A stretch of DNA of 10,476 nt from Promethearchaeota archaeon (GCA_004524535.1 SDNY01000126.1:1-10476), one strand, 5' to 3'. Numbered from the stretch's first letter, positions 1-8,026 are shown. Notes: a model not told the origin generated them from the sequence alone. Program-made: numbers and translations.

Positions 1-374
1 ATCAAAAAGTTCAGCATATTGTTAGTAAAGTGAGAAGTAAGACACCGCTTGATGGATATCAAGTTTTAAAAAGCATATTCCCAGCAGGTACTCTTTCAGG
101 AGCCCCTAAAAAGCGGGCCATGGAAATAATACAAGAATTAGAAACAGAAAATCGCTCAATTTATGGAGGTTCTATAGGATACTTCAGTTTCAACGGAGAT
201 CTCGCGATGGCTATAGCAATTAGAACATTATTCGGAAGGAATAATACATATTTTGCTCAAGCTGGAGGTGGAATAGTGGCAGATTCTCAACCTGAACAAG
301 AATATATTGAGACATACAATAAATTATATAGCGTCTTAAAATCAATAAAAATATCGGAGGCAATGGAGCGATGA
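1..374 (+). CDS. trpE: Anthranilate synthase component I, C-terminal part (runs off the left edge)
   Basis: Frame is open from position 3 (QKVQHIVSKVR...), upstream of the called GTG at 30. Chorismate-binding motifs VQHIVS, FPAGTLSGAPKKRAMEII, R-IYGG-IGY, AIAIRT and QAGGGIVADS are present. GTLSGAPK fits TrpE better than PabB. ATGA overlap with trpG. Confidence 0.9.
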   Translation, partial: QKVQHIVSKVRSKTPLDGYQVLKSIFPAGTLSGAPKKRAMEIIQELETENRSIYGGSIGYFSFNGDLAMAIAIRTLFGRNNTYFAQAGGGIVADSQPEQEYIETYNKLYSVLKSIKISEAMER

Positions 375-976
375 ATATATTATTTATAAACAATTATGAT
401 AGCTTTGTTTATAATCTCGTGAACTATTTTTGTCAATTAGCTCCAAACGCTAATATAACCATCGAGGATAATAATATCTCTGTTGAGAAGGTTGAAGAAT
501 ATTCTGCTGATAAAATTATTATTTCTCCAGGACCAGGTCATCCCAAATACGACACAGGTACCGTTATTCCCATCATTAAGAAATATTTTAAAAAAATTCC
601 TATATTAGGGATATGTCTTGGACATCAAGCAATTGTTGAATCATTCGGAGAGAACCAAGATTTAGAATATGTTGGTCGAGCTAAAGTAGGACCGATGCAT
701 GGTAAGGAATCTAAAGTTTTTCATGACCAAGAAAGTATTTTTGAAGATATTCCTAATCCATTAATGGTCATTCGATATCATTCTCTCTCTGCTAAATCTG
801 ATTTATTACCACAAGAATTAAAAATAACAGCTACAGCTGATGATGGCACAATTATGGGGGTTAGACATAAGAATTATCCAGTGGAAGGTGTTCAATTTCA
901 CCCCGAATCCATTAGAATGAAGCCTCATGGAATGCAAATCTTGAAAAATTTCTTGGAATTAAAAATTAAAAGATAG
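371..976 (+). CDS. trpG: Anthranilate synthase component II / class I glutamine amidotransferase (intact copy, C1)
   Basis: Motifs NNYDSF, ISPGPGHP, GICLGHQ (catalytic Cys), HGK, RYHSL and QFHPES (His/Glu of the triad). Translationally coupled to trpE. Confidence 0.93.
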   Translation: MNILFINNYDSFVYNLVNYFCQLAPNANITIEDNNISVEKVEEYSADKIIISPGPGHPKYDTGTVIPIIKKYFKKIPILGICLGHQAIVESFGENQDLEYVGRAKVGPMHGKESKVFHDQESIFEDIPNPLMVIRYHSLSAKSDLLPQELKITATADDGTIMGVRHKNYPVEGVQFHPESIRMKPHGMQILKNFLELKIKR

Positions 977-1010
977 ATTTTTAAAATGTAATTAAAAGGA
1001 TTTTATACAA

Positions 1011-1274
1011 TTACATCATTAAAAGGCGACTTCCATGGATTATTCTAGCAATTTCTAATATTTCCTCTTTGAAACGATATATTATCCTGAAATTTCGATA
1101 GATAATTTCCCTTATCTCTTCATTTTCTAATTCAGGAACAATTCTACCCATTTTGGGAAATTGGTTTAAGTTTTCAATAATATAAATAATTTTCTTGGCA
1201 AGGGTTTGAGCAAATTTTGGTGCAGTTTTTTCATAATATTTGATTATTGAGTCGTAATCATCAGCAGCATTTTT
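1011..1274 (-). pseudogene. RelE/ParE-family toxin, 5'-truncated (not in the ORF track)
   Basis: Manual translation gives 87 aa: KNAADDYDSIIKYYEKTAPKFAQTLAKKIIYIIENLNQFPKMGRIVPELENEEIREIIYRNFRIIYRFKEEILEIARIIHGSRLLMM*. FP-MGR-VPE, REI, RIIYR and IIHG-R are RelE/ParE hallmarks. In-frame TAA at 1275-1277 and no start codon, so the first few residues are missing. Confidence 0.85.
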
Positions 1275-1993
1275 TTAACGCCAATAGCGTTAGGATTTAA
1301 CGCCTTTTTTCTAGTTAAATAACCTTTTTCATAGAGTCTCATTACAACTTGTCTAACTCCATAAATATAATTCAAGTTATCAAATTGCTCTAAATCTGTT
1401 ATAAAATGCCATTTTCCGTCTAACTCTCTCATAACATCCAACTGTTTATTATTCAAGTGAATTGCCACTCTTTGAGCATTATTTATAAAGAACTTCTTAA
1501 AATCAAATTTAGGAACATCAATTTTAACTCCCGTCTTCTTTTCAAATTGCTTTATTATATAATCTTGCATCTCTTCTGGTTCAATTCTCTTAAGCTTACC
1601 ATTTATTTCTTCAAATCCTACCACTATCAAGATTATACCTAATTCATCACAAATTTCTTTCTTAAATTTATCTATTGATATTTGATTTCTGAAACCATTA
1701 TCATTTCGATGCCAAGCATCAACTCTCTCATAATGTTGTCTTCCATTTCTTTCTATTCCAATGCCTAACTCTTCATTATATCCATCTAAATGCCTTTTAT
1801 AAACGTTATGTGTTGAATATTTCAAAACAAAATTCCCTAAATTTTTATATCCAATTCTTGAATCAATTACACTGTCAAAGGTAGTTTTTGGAAATTTAAT
1901 TTCTCTATGGTAAATATAAGAGAAAATTCTTTCCATATATCCAATGCAAATGAGAGAGGTTTCTTTAAATTTTTTAGATAAAATTAACTTATA
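1244..1993 (-). CDS. Vsr/DUF559-like PD-(D/E)XK endonuclease-domain protein, probably a fragment
   Basis: HLDGYNEELGIGIERNGRQHY...Q...D..K...C.ELGIILIVV matches the LDGY..E..G.QHY restriction-fold motif. The frame stays open from the ATG at 1936 up to 1993 (SKKFKETSLICIGY). The C-terminal MLLMITTQ is an out-of-frame read of the ParE gene. Confidence 0.6.
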   Translation of the reverse strand, partial: YKLILSKKFKETSLICIGYMERIFSYIYHREIKFPKTTFDSVIDSRIGYKNLGNFVLKYSTHNVYKRHLDGYNEELGIGIERNGRQHYERVDAWHRNDNGFRNQISIDKFKKEICDELGIILIVVGFEEINGKLKRIEPEEMQDYIIKQFEKKTGVKIDVPKFDFKKFFINNAQRVAIHLNNKQLDVMRELDGKWHFITDLEQFDNLNYIYGVRQVVMRLYEKGYLTRKKALNPNAIGVKKMLLMITTQ

Positions 1994-2107
1994 TTAAGGC
2001 AAAAGATTAATAACGATTAAAGACAATTTCTGATACTTCTGCAGAGTAGAATCCAATTATGGTTGAAATAACTATTTTTTTGATGAATTTATTTGGCTCT
2101 ATACGTT

Positions 2108-2458
2108 TTATATATTTAAGTTTATTTCTCTAATTTTTTTTGCTAATTGCTCATCATTCCTAGCGATTAACTTTACTATCAAGGTTTTTGTTTGTTCAAT
2201 ATCTGATTTTGAGGTTATTCCTCTTTTCTTAACTTCATCTATCAAATCCCATAATGATGTTTTTGTTGTATTTGCTGCTTGTTCTAAAGTATACCCTTTT
2301 TGGTATAATTCAAGAGCTATATCAATTTTTTTTGTTTCTATTCCCTTATTAATAACATCCCTAACAATGGAAGCACGATCTACTCCAAGTAAATCTGCTA
2401 AACTGTCTAATTCTTTTAAAATATTCGCTTTAATCCTAACTGAAAGATTTTTTAACAT
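2108..2458 (-). CDS. Antitoxin with RHH/CopG-like N-terminus and UPF0175-like HTH region
   Basis: KNLSVRI...LD-LA...VDRASIVR (ribbon-helix-helix) followed by IALELYQKG-TLEQAA...SLWDL...KRGI (UPF0175/COG2886-like). TAATG overlap with the upstream PIN gene. Confidence 0.75.
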   Translation of the reverse strand: MLKNLSVRIKANILKELDSLADLLGVDRASIVRDVINKGIETKKIDIALELYQKGYTLEQAANTTKTSLWDLIDEVKKRGITSKSDIEQTKTLIVKLIARNDEQLAKKIREINLNI

Positions 2459-2952
2459 TATTCACTCATTAATTCTTTTGTTTTTTTTATAAGGAACATA
2501 TCTTCATATGAAGGGCTTGCTACCATAATCCATTTTTGAAAAAGTTGTTCAAATTGTTCATCATCAATCTTCTGTTGTTTATATGCATCTAAAAGAGTTA
2601 TTGGAACACTATAAACTTGTAAATCAAAGCTCTCAGCAATTCTAATTGCTTTTTTATCATCTACTAAACAAGAGCATTTTAAATCAATAGCATTTAAAAT
2701 AGTATCAGTTTCACCCACACCAAGTCCCATCTCAACTTCAGAGTTCTTCTCAACATCATGAACCTGAATATCATGCTTTTTTATTAATTTTTCCCCAATA
2801 AAAGCATCTGGCTTACCCCTATTCTTTCCATTCAATATAACCTCTTGATGCACTGAAGATGTGATTATTAGCTCTTCGTATAATTCTTTTAAAACATTTA
2901 TCCAGTCCATTTTTATTGAATAAATAAAGGAACTGGCATCTATTTTTATCAT
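2458..2952 (-). CDS. PIN-domain toxin, DUF3368/COG2405-like
   Basis: Acidic PIN motifs IDASSFI, SSVHQEV, LGVGETDTI and LVDDKKA. AAGGA lies just upstream of the start. Confidence 0.85.
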   Translation of the reverse strand: MIKIDASSFIYSIKMDWINVLKELYEELIITSSVHQEVILNGKNRGKPDAFIGEKLIKKHDIQVHDVEKNSEVEMGLGVGETDTILNAIDLKCSCLVDDKKAIRIAESFDLQVYSVPITLLDAYKQQKIDDEQFEQLFQKWIMVASPSYEDMFLIKKTKELMSE

Positions 2953-3009
2953 TTTTCCTTATGCTTGTTTTATTATTCTTTCAAATATCATATGTAATCT
3001 GAAGTATTT

Positions 3010-3060
3010 AAATGTATACATTTTGTATTCATCTCTATGTATTTATATACCTCTTTTTTC
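3010..3060 (-). promoter_or_regulatory. Putative archaeal promoter and operator of the PIN/UPF0175 pair
   Basis: Minus strand reads purine-rich GAAAAAAGAGG then TATATAAA (3049-3042). A perfect 14-bp palindrome AAATGTATACATTT (3010-3023) covers the expected transcription start. Confidence 0.5.
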
Positions 3061-3122
3061 TGATATTTAGACCTTGAGTTAATATAAGGATAAAATTATC
3101 AGAGAAAACCTGCAAATTTATT

Positions 3123-3555
3123 TCATTCTAAATTAAATATTCCAGATTTAATACTTTTTGGAATTTTATCAAAGTCATAGAAAAAACTTGAATTTTCCTC
3201 CTCATTACCACAGTCATAACATCTCAAAGAACAGTAGAAAATTTCATTGATCCACCAATCCTTAACCATTAATTCCTTGATTTTGGCAGCAATAGTGCAT
3301 TTTAATCTGAGTTGGAGATTTCTTCCACCACAACCTTGACATTTAAATTCTTTCCTCGCTTCTTCCTCTTGAAAATCATAAAAATCCTTAAGAATTTCTT
3401 CTATTTTTTCAGATGTTAGCTGATGTTTAGCTTGTAAATGTTGATATAAATTGTCTTCTGCGCTTTTAAATAGTCCAGTTTTATAATTACAAAAAGGATA
3501 TTTAAGCGATCCATTGGGATATTATTCCCCTGTATATTTTTTAAAATTTTACCAT
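3123..3555 (-). pseudogene. Zinc-finger protein pseudogene, C2H2-like plus C4 ribbon (not in the ORF track)
   Basis: A 132-codon open stretch runs 3521->3126: YPNGSLKYPFCNYKT...NLYQHLQAKH...FKCQGCGG...LRCYDCGN...IFNLE*. The probable ATG at 3555 overlaps the upstream gene's last codons. It is followed by a 1-nt frameshift in a T/A run and a TAA at 3524-3522. Confidence 0.65.
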
Positions 3556-6191
3556 TTTAACTGAGAGTTCCATTCTTTTAATAAGACTTCGTTATCTTTT
3601 TGATCAATAAGTTTCTGAAAGCCATCAAAGCGTTCAATAAAATAATCGGAAGAATTTAGAATTTTTCTTAATGCACCAATTAGATTTTTACTGAAATAGC
3701 CATAATCATTATGTAAATAACTAATGAAAGATTTTAAGCTTATACAAATGTCTTTCATAGATGTGCGGGTTGTGATTAATTTTTCTTTTATAATGTGAAG
3801 ACCCAAAAATTTTAGAAGCGTCTCTTCATTTATATAATTATCAATATCTTCTGAAATACTGCTAAAATCTTCCTCTTTTATCAACTTAATTAGATAGGTT
3901 AGGAACAGTTCAATATGTTTGACCTTCTTATTAATAGTTTCTTGTCGCAAGCTTTTATCTTCTAAAGTGAGTTCAAAATCAGAACTTAGAGATTCTATAA
4001 AACTAATTAGTTCTGAATAACTTTCTAACTCACTTGGAATTTTTCCGAACATATAAAATGCAGGACACCATCTATAGGGTTTGTCTAAACAACGATTCGG
4101 GCATGTTTTACATTCATCTATCAATATTATTATGGTGTTCCATAAAGTATTAAAAAGACCCTCATCAGTAATAAAGAAGCGAGCAAGTTTATAAATTGGA
4201 TTCCTAAGTAAATCCTCGTTATTTGAAAACACTCCATAATCTATACTAAAAGATGTCCTATTTTTAGATTTTTTAAACGAGTTTAAGATTTGATTAGTAG
4301 CTTTTTTAGAGATTTGAAAGCAAAGATTAATAAAATCTTCAGAGGCAATTAAATATGGTAAATTAAAATAATTTTCATAGTAAATCGTGTGAAAATTCTC
4401 TGCTAAGTGGTTTGCTAACTCAAATACAAACCAATTCTTTAGAATATGGTCTTCCTTATTTGGGAAATGAGATAAGCTATTTCTTAATAAGTCGTTTAGA
4501 TGATTCATAAAACCTTCATCTCTGATTTTATTTCCATATAGTTCCATTACTTTGATGGCATTTGAAATAATTTTTTCTGAGAATTTCAACAAATCCTTAA
4601 ATTTCTCCTCTTTGATTTTAATCGTATTAAGAGTATCTCGGGATTTGATCCTATCATGGACCCAATAACGTAACACGAAGTTTATTAATCTTTCTTTTTC
4701 TACCAATCCTGCTAATTTCAGAGCCTGTTTAAATGTTAATTCTAACTGATAAGAACTAATGGCTAATTGTAAAATTAAATTGAAATCAAATGGGCAAAAT
4801 TGTAATAAAAGACTTGTAAGTATTATTGAACTATGAAAATACCCGCCAACCTCAAGTAAGTATGAAAAATCCATATAGGTTTCAATCCTATATGGATCAA
4901 ATTCAAGGCTCTTAATATGACATAAAAGAGCATTATAATGAGCTCCTTGCTCGCCCAAGATCTTTCCTTTCAAATAGTATGCTGCTGCGCTCTCTGGTGC
5001 TTTTTTTATTAGCTTATTTATTAGAACAAGAGCCTTTTTGCTATGCCCGTTATAAAATTTTTCTTTTGCTTCCGTGAATAACTTTTGTTCTTCATTATCA
5101 GAATAACAATCTTTCCAACCATCCCAGCTAGATTTTATAAATCTCATTCTTTTCGAGTACGAATAAGAGATTGATTCCAGAAATTCCATATGATGAGATA
5201 ATTCTAAATTTATGTCCTTCGGTAAATTAAATAAAATTGTATAAAGATCTCTACTCGCAAAAGGAGTATTATTATCTATAGGAACTATTTCATTAATATA
5301 TTTATCAACATTTAGAAAATTTTCTAAATCTGCTTTAGTTTTGCAAGAATCAGAAATTTCTAAAAGAAATTCGTCGCCTTCTACATAACTCAACACGGTT
5401 GCAATATAACCTTGAAATGAGTTTATATCTACGTTTAAATCATCTAATAATTTGGAAAAGGATGTCTTTACAACATATCCTGCCAAGAAAAAGGTGTTAT
5501 ATAACATCAATAACCTAAAAAAGTATCGATTCTGAGTTGCAGAGCTTTTAAGTATTCTAAGAACTTTTGATGGGAGGGTTTCAATTTTTAAGAATTCATC
5601 AATAAAGAATAAAATTCTCTGAAAATTGGAATCCTCAATTGTCTTAAATAACTCTAAAATGGCGTTCATCACATTTTTTTTTGATTTTTTTTCAAAGTAG
5701 TTACGCATACGATTGAATTCTGCCTCATCCTCATGAAGTCTCTCAAAGTTAAGTGCCCAATCAATAATTTTATTTTTAATCTCAACAATTTCTTTATTCT
5801 TATCATTATCACTTAACTCCTCAATTATTTCATGAGTTTTAGAAATTTTTTCTACAATTTCATGCTGAATATTTCGACTCAGGATGTCTTGTAAAGTCAG
5901 ATAGTTTATAAAATCTAAAATAATCGTTTGAATCTTATATAGTGGGATTTCTAGTAATGAGGTCTGTGGATATAAGGATAATAAAAATTGATTAATATAA
6001 TTAACATTAAATTGATTTCGGTTGAATTTATTATTATTATTCTTAAGATATTCTTTTAAAAATGAAAGAATTACAGTCTTTGCTGTATTTAAATCTTTTT
6101 TCGATTGAAATTTTTTAGATAAAAAATATTTTGGTAATATTGTTTCGCATTTTACCATAAATTTTTCTAGATTGAAATCATTTTTTTCCAT
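3549..6191 (-). CDS. 880-aa TPR protein with N- and C-terminal integrase core-binding (SAM-like) domains and a Cys4 cluster
   Basis: Central TPRs (ALVLINKLIKKAPESAAAYYLKGKILGEQG; SLEFDPYRIETY). Cys cluster CKTCPNRC..PYRWC. The C-terminal F...LEDKSL..ETINK...IELFLTYL...KFLG..I...SLKSFISYL resembles the tyrosine-recombinase core-binding fold by eye. The CDS is confident; the domain calls are not verified. Confidence 0.75.
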   Translation of the reverse strand: MEKNDFNLEKFMVKCETILPKYFLSKKFQSKKDLNTAKTVILSFLKEYLKNNNNKFNRNQFNVNYINQFLLSLYPQTSLLEIPLYKIQTIILDFINYLTLQDILSRNIQHEIVEKISKTHEIIEELSDNDKNKEIVEIKNKIIDWALNFERLHEDEAEFNRMRNYFEKKSKKNVMNAILELFKTIEDSNFQRILFFIDEFLKIETLPSKVLRILKSSATQNRYFFRLLMLYNTFFLAGYVVKTSFSKLLDDLNVDINSFQGYIATVLSYVEGDEFLLEISDSCKTKADLENFLNVDKYINEIVPIDNNTPFASRDLYTILFNLPKDINLELSHHMEFLESISYSYSKRMRFIKSSWDGWKDCYSDNEEQKLFTEAKEKFYNGHSKKALVLINKLIKKAPESAAAYYLKGKILGEQGAHYNALLCHIKSLEFDPYRIETYMDFSYLLEVGGYFHSSIILTSLLLQFCPFDFNLILQLAISSYQLELTFKQALKLAGLVEKERLINFVLRYWVHDRIKSRDTLNTIKIKEEKFKDLLKFSEKIISNAIKVMELYGNKIRDEGFMNHLNDLLRNSLSHFPNKEDHILKNWFVFELANHLAENFHTIYYENYFNLPYLIASEDFINLCFQISKKATNQILNSFKKSKNRTSFSIDYGVFSNNEDLLRNPIYKLARFFITDEGLFNTLWNTIIILIDECKTCPNRCLDKPYRWCPAFYMFGKIPSELESYSELISFIESLSSDFELTLEDKSLRQETINKKVKHIELFLTYLIKLIKEEDFSSISEDIDNYINEETLLKFLGLHIIKEKLITTRTSMKDICISLKSFISYLHNDYGYFSKNLIGALRKILNSSDYFIERFDGFQKLIDQKDNEVLLKEWNSQLKW

Positions 6192-6402
6192 AAAAATTAA
6201 AATTCGTATTATCTATTTAATGTATTTTGATTTACAGTTAATAATCTCTAAGAGGAATCACTTTACTGAAAGAGAGTTTCCTAGCCATTTTTGTCGGAGT
6301 GGCCGATTATTATTAACTCCAAAACAATAAAGAATTCAGAATTAGTGCAATTATTAACAGATTAAGACAAAGTTAAAAAAATAAAACAATATTTGTTGAT
6401 AT

Positions 6403-7047
6403 ATGGAAGATTTTATTGACATTGACCATTCGGTTAGTAATGATTTTGATGAATTAATGGATATGGAATTGGCAGATTCTTCCTTGCTAATAAAGAGGCT
6501 CAGAGAACTGATTAAAGCAGATCCAGAATATTTTGACTCTTATATATATCTCCATAACTTATATCTTGAAATGGAAGATTATACTGAATGTAAGAAAATA
6601 CTATTAGAGGGATATGAACGAGCTCTAAAGCGGATTCTAAATATAAATAATCAATGGCCTTCTCGGTTAAGATGGAGCTATATTGAGAATAGACATATAA
6701 TACGTTTATTTGAAACCGTTGGATTATGGTTTTGGCGAAATAAGGAATATAATAAAGCTTTAGATCTTTTTCGAAAATTATTGAAATCAAATCCAATTGA
6801 TAATATTGGGGCACGATATTATATACTTGCTTTAAGGATCAAAGTCGAGTATGATAACTTTGATGAAATATTGGATAAAGGAGGATATTATGATGAAGAG
6901 ATTAATAAATGGTTTAATCAAGATTATAATAGATTCCCAGATGAATTTAATTGGTGGATAAAAGAGCTGGAAGCGGAACAAGAACAATTAAATAATGAGA
7001 ATTTCAAATTTCGGTCATCTAAGTTTTTCTTCAGATTACTAAACTAG
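6403..7047 (+). CDS. TPR-like hypothetical protein
   Basis: 214-aa helical-repeat ORF (LIKADPEYFDSYIYL; KALDLFRKLLKSNPIDNIGARYY), divergent from the 880-aa gene. Confidence 0.75.
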   Translation: MEDFIDIDHSVSNDFDELMDMELADSSLLIKRLRELIKADPEYFDSYIYLHNLYLEMEDYTECKKILLEGYERALKRILNINNQWPSRLRWSYIENRHIIRLFETVGLWFWRNKEYNKALDLFRKLLKSNPIDNIGARYYILALRIKVEYDNFDEILDKGGYYDEEINKWFNQDYNRFPDEFNWWIKELEAEQEQLNNENFKFRSSKFFFRLLN

Positions 7048-7057
7048 AAATAATTGA

Positions 7058-7079
7058 TAGTTTATATACCTATAAACTA
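7058..7079. repeat. 9-bp inverted repeat containing a TATA-like box
   Basis: TAGTTTATA-tacc-TATAAACTA is a perfect stem between the TPR gene stop and trpG copy C2. It could be an operator or a terminator. Confidence 0.5.
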
Positions 7080-7113
7080 AATTTTAATTATATCTAAATT
7101 TTTATAAAAAAAA

Positions 7114-7700
7114 ATCCTATTTATTAACAATTATGATAGTTTTGTTTATAATTTGGTTAATTATATCTGTCAATTAGAACCCAACGGCCAAATTATTGTC
7201 GAAGATAACAATGTTGCGGTGGATAAGATTAAAGAAATAAATGTTGATAAAATCATTATTTCACCAGGACCTGGACATTCTAAGTATGACACGGGCACAG
7301 TAATTCTAATCATTAAAGGATTTTACTTTAAAATACCAATATTAGGAATTTGTCTAAGTCATCAAGCAATTGTTGAAGCCTTCGGCGAAGATGAGAATAT
7401 GGAATACGTGGGAAGAGCTAAAGTAGGTCCTATGCATGGTAAGGAATCTAAAATCTTTCATGACCAAGAAACAATTCTTAAGGATGTTCCTAATCCACTT
7501 CAAGTAATTAGATATCACTCCCTTTCCGCAAGATCCAATATTTTACCTCAAAACCTAAAGATCAGCGCGTCCGCGGATGATGGCACATCATGGGTGTTCG
7601 GCATAAGAAATATCCGGTAGAAAGGCTGCAATTCCATCCCGAGTTGATAAAAATGAAACCACACGGGATGCAGATATTGAAAAATTTCTTAGAATTATAA
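7114..7700 (+). pseudogene. trpG: trpG relic C2, near full length
   Basis: Reads ILFINNYDSF...FLEL*. No start codon (ATA plus A-run, in-frame TAA at 7105). A 1-bp deletion near 7587 (acaatc->acatc) shifts the frame. Motif changes CLG->CLS, EGVQ->ERLQ and HPES->HPEL. About 76% identical to C1 over the last 270 nt (hand count). The called ORF 7153-7620 is part of this relic. Confidence 0.93.
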
Positions 7701-7710
7701 ATAAAAAAAT

Positions 7711-7747
7711 GGTATACTTTATATACCTATTATACTATATATACCGT
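7711..7747 (+). promoter_or_regulatory. TATA box with a 4x TATAC operator-like array
   Basis: TTTATATA at 7718-7725, 22 nt before the ATG at 7748 (leaderless spacing). TATAC occurs at 7713, 7722, 7731 and 7740. GGTATA-N5-TATACC inverted repeat at 7711-7727. Confidence 0.6.
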
Positions 7748-8014
7748 ATGAGCAAAAATACCACTATGAAACTTTCAAAAGAAACTTTGGAAAAATTGCA
7801 TAAGTTAGCTGGAGAGATCGCAGCAGAAAAGGGTAGAAGGGTAACTTTAGAAGAAGCACTTTTAGTGTTATTAGAAGAAAAGGAGAGGAAGAAAAACGAA
7901 ATGAATTCACATAAAGCTAATGAGGATAGAAAAGAACTTCTGTCCTTATTAGAAATGAAAATCGAAGGTGCAGGTCCTGAAGATTTTAAAGAATATGATT
8001 TTAACGATTTATAG
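7748..8014 (+). CDS. Antitoxin (VapB-like, RHH-type N-terminus)
   Basis: MSKNTTMKLSKETLEKL...G-RVTLEEAL with an acidic tail, directly upstream of a PIN gene. Start moved from 7709 to 7748 because the extension is the promoter. Confidence 0.75.
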   Translation: MSKNTTMKLSKETLEKLHKLAGEIAAEKGRRVTLEEALLVLLEEKERKKNEMNSHKANEDRKELLSLLEMKIEGAGPEDFKEYDFNDL

Positions 8015-8026
8015 GAGAAAATAATA

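Noticed and set aside
975-1002. Similarity of the sequence after C1 (gatttttaaaatgtaattaaaaggat) to that after C4 (gatttaaaaatttaaaaaggat, ~10231-10252)
   Set aside because: Short, gapped and nearly all A/T. It is absent after C2 and C3 and cannot be distinguished from chance.
1457-1642. 61-aa plus-strand ORF
   Set aside because: Antisense shadow of the nuclease ORF, with no motifs.
2009-2107. Short minus-strand frame KRIEPNKFIKKIVIST... echoing KRIEP in the nuclease ORF
   Set aside because: Only a five-residue match with different codons, and no start codon.
6512-6814. 100-aa minus-strand ORF
   Set aside because: Antisense shadow inside the TPR gene.
7153-7620. 155-aa ORF as a functional PabA/TrpG paralogue
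   Set aside because: It lacks the NNYDSF start, is frameshifted before the catalytic HPE, and has CLG->CLS. It is part of relic C2.
7709-7747. N-terminal extension MVYFIYLLYYIYR of the antitoxin
   Set aside because: It is the translated TATA/operator repeat. The ATG at 7748 fits better.
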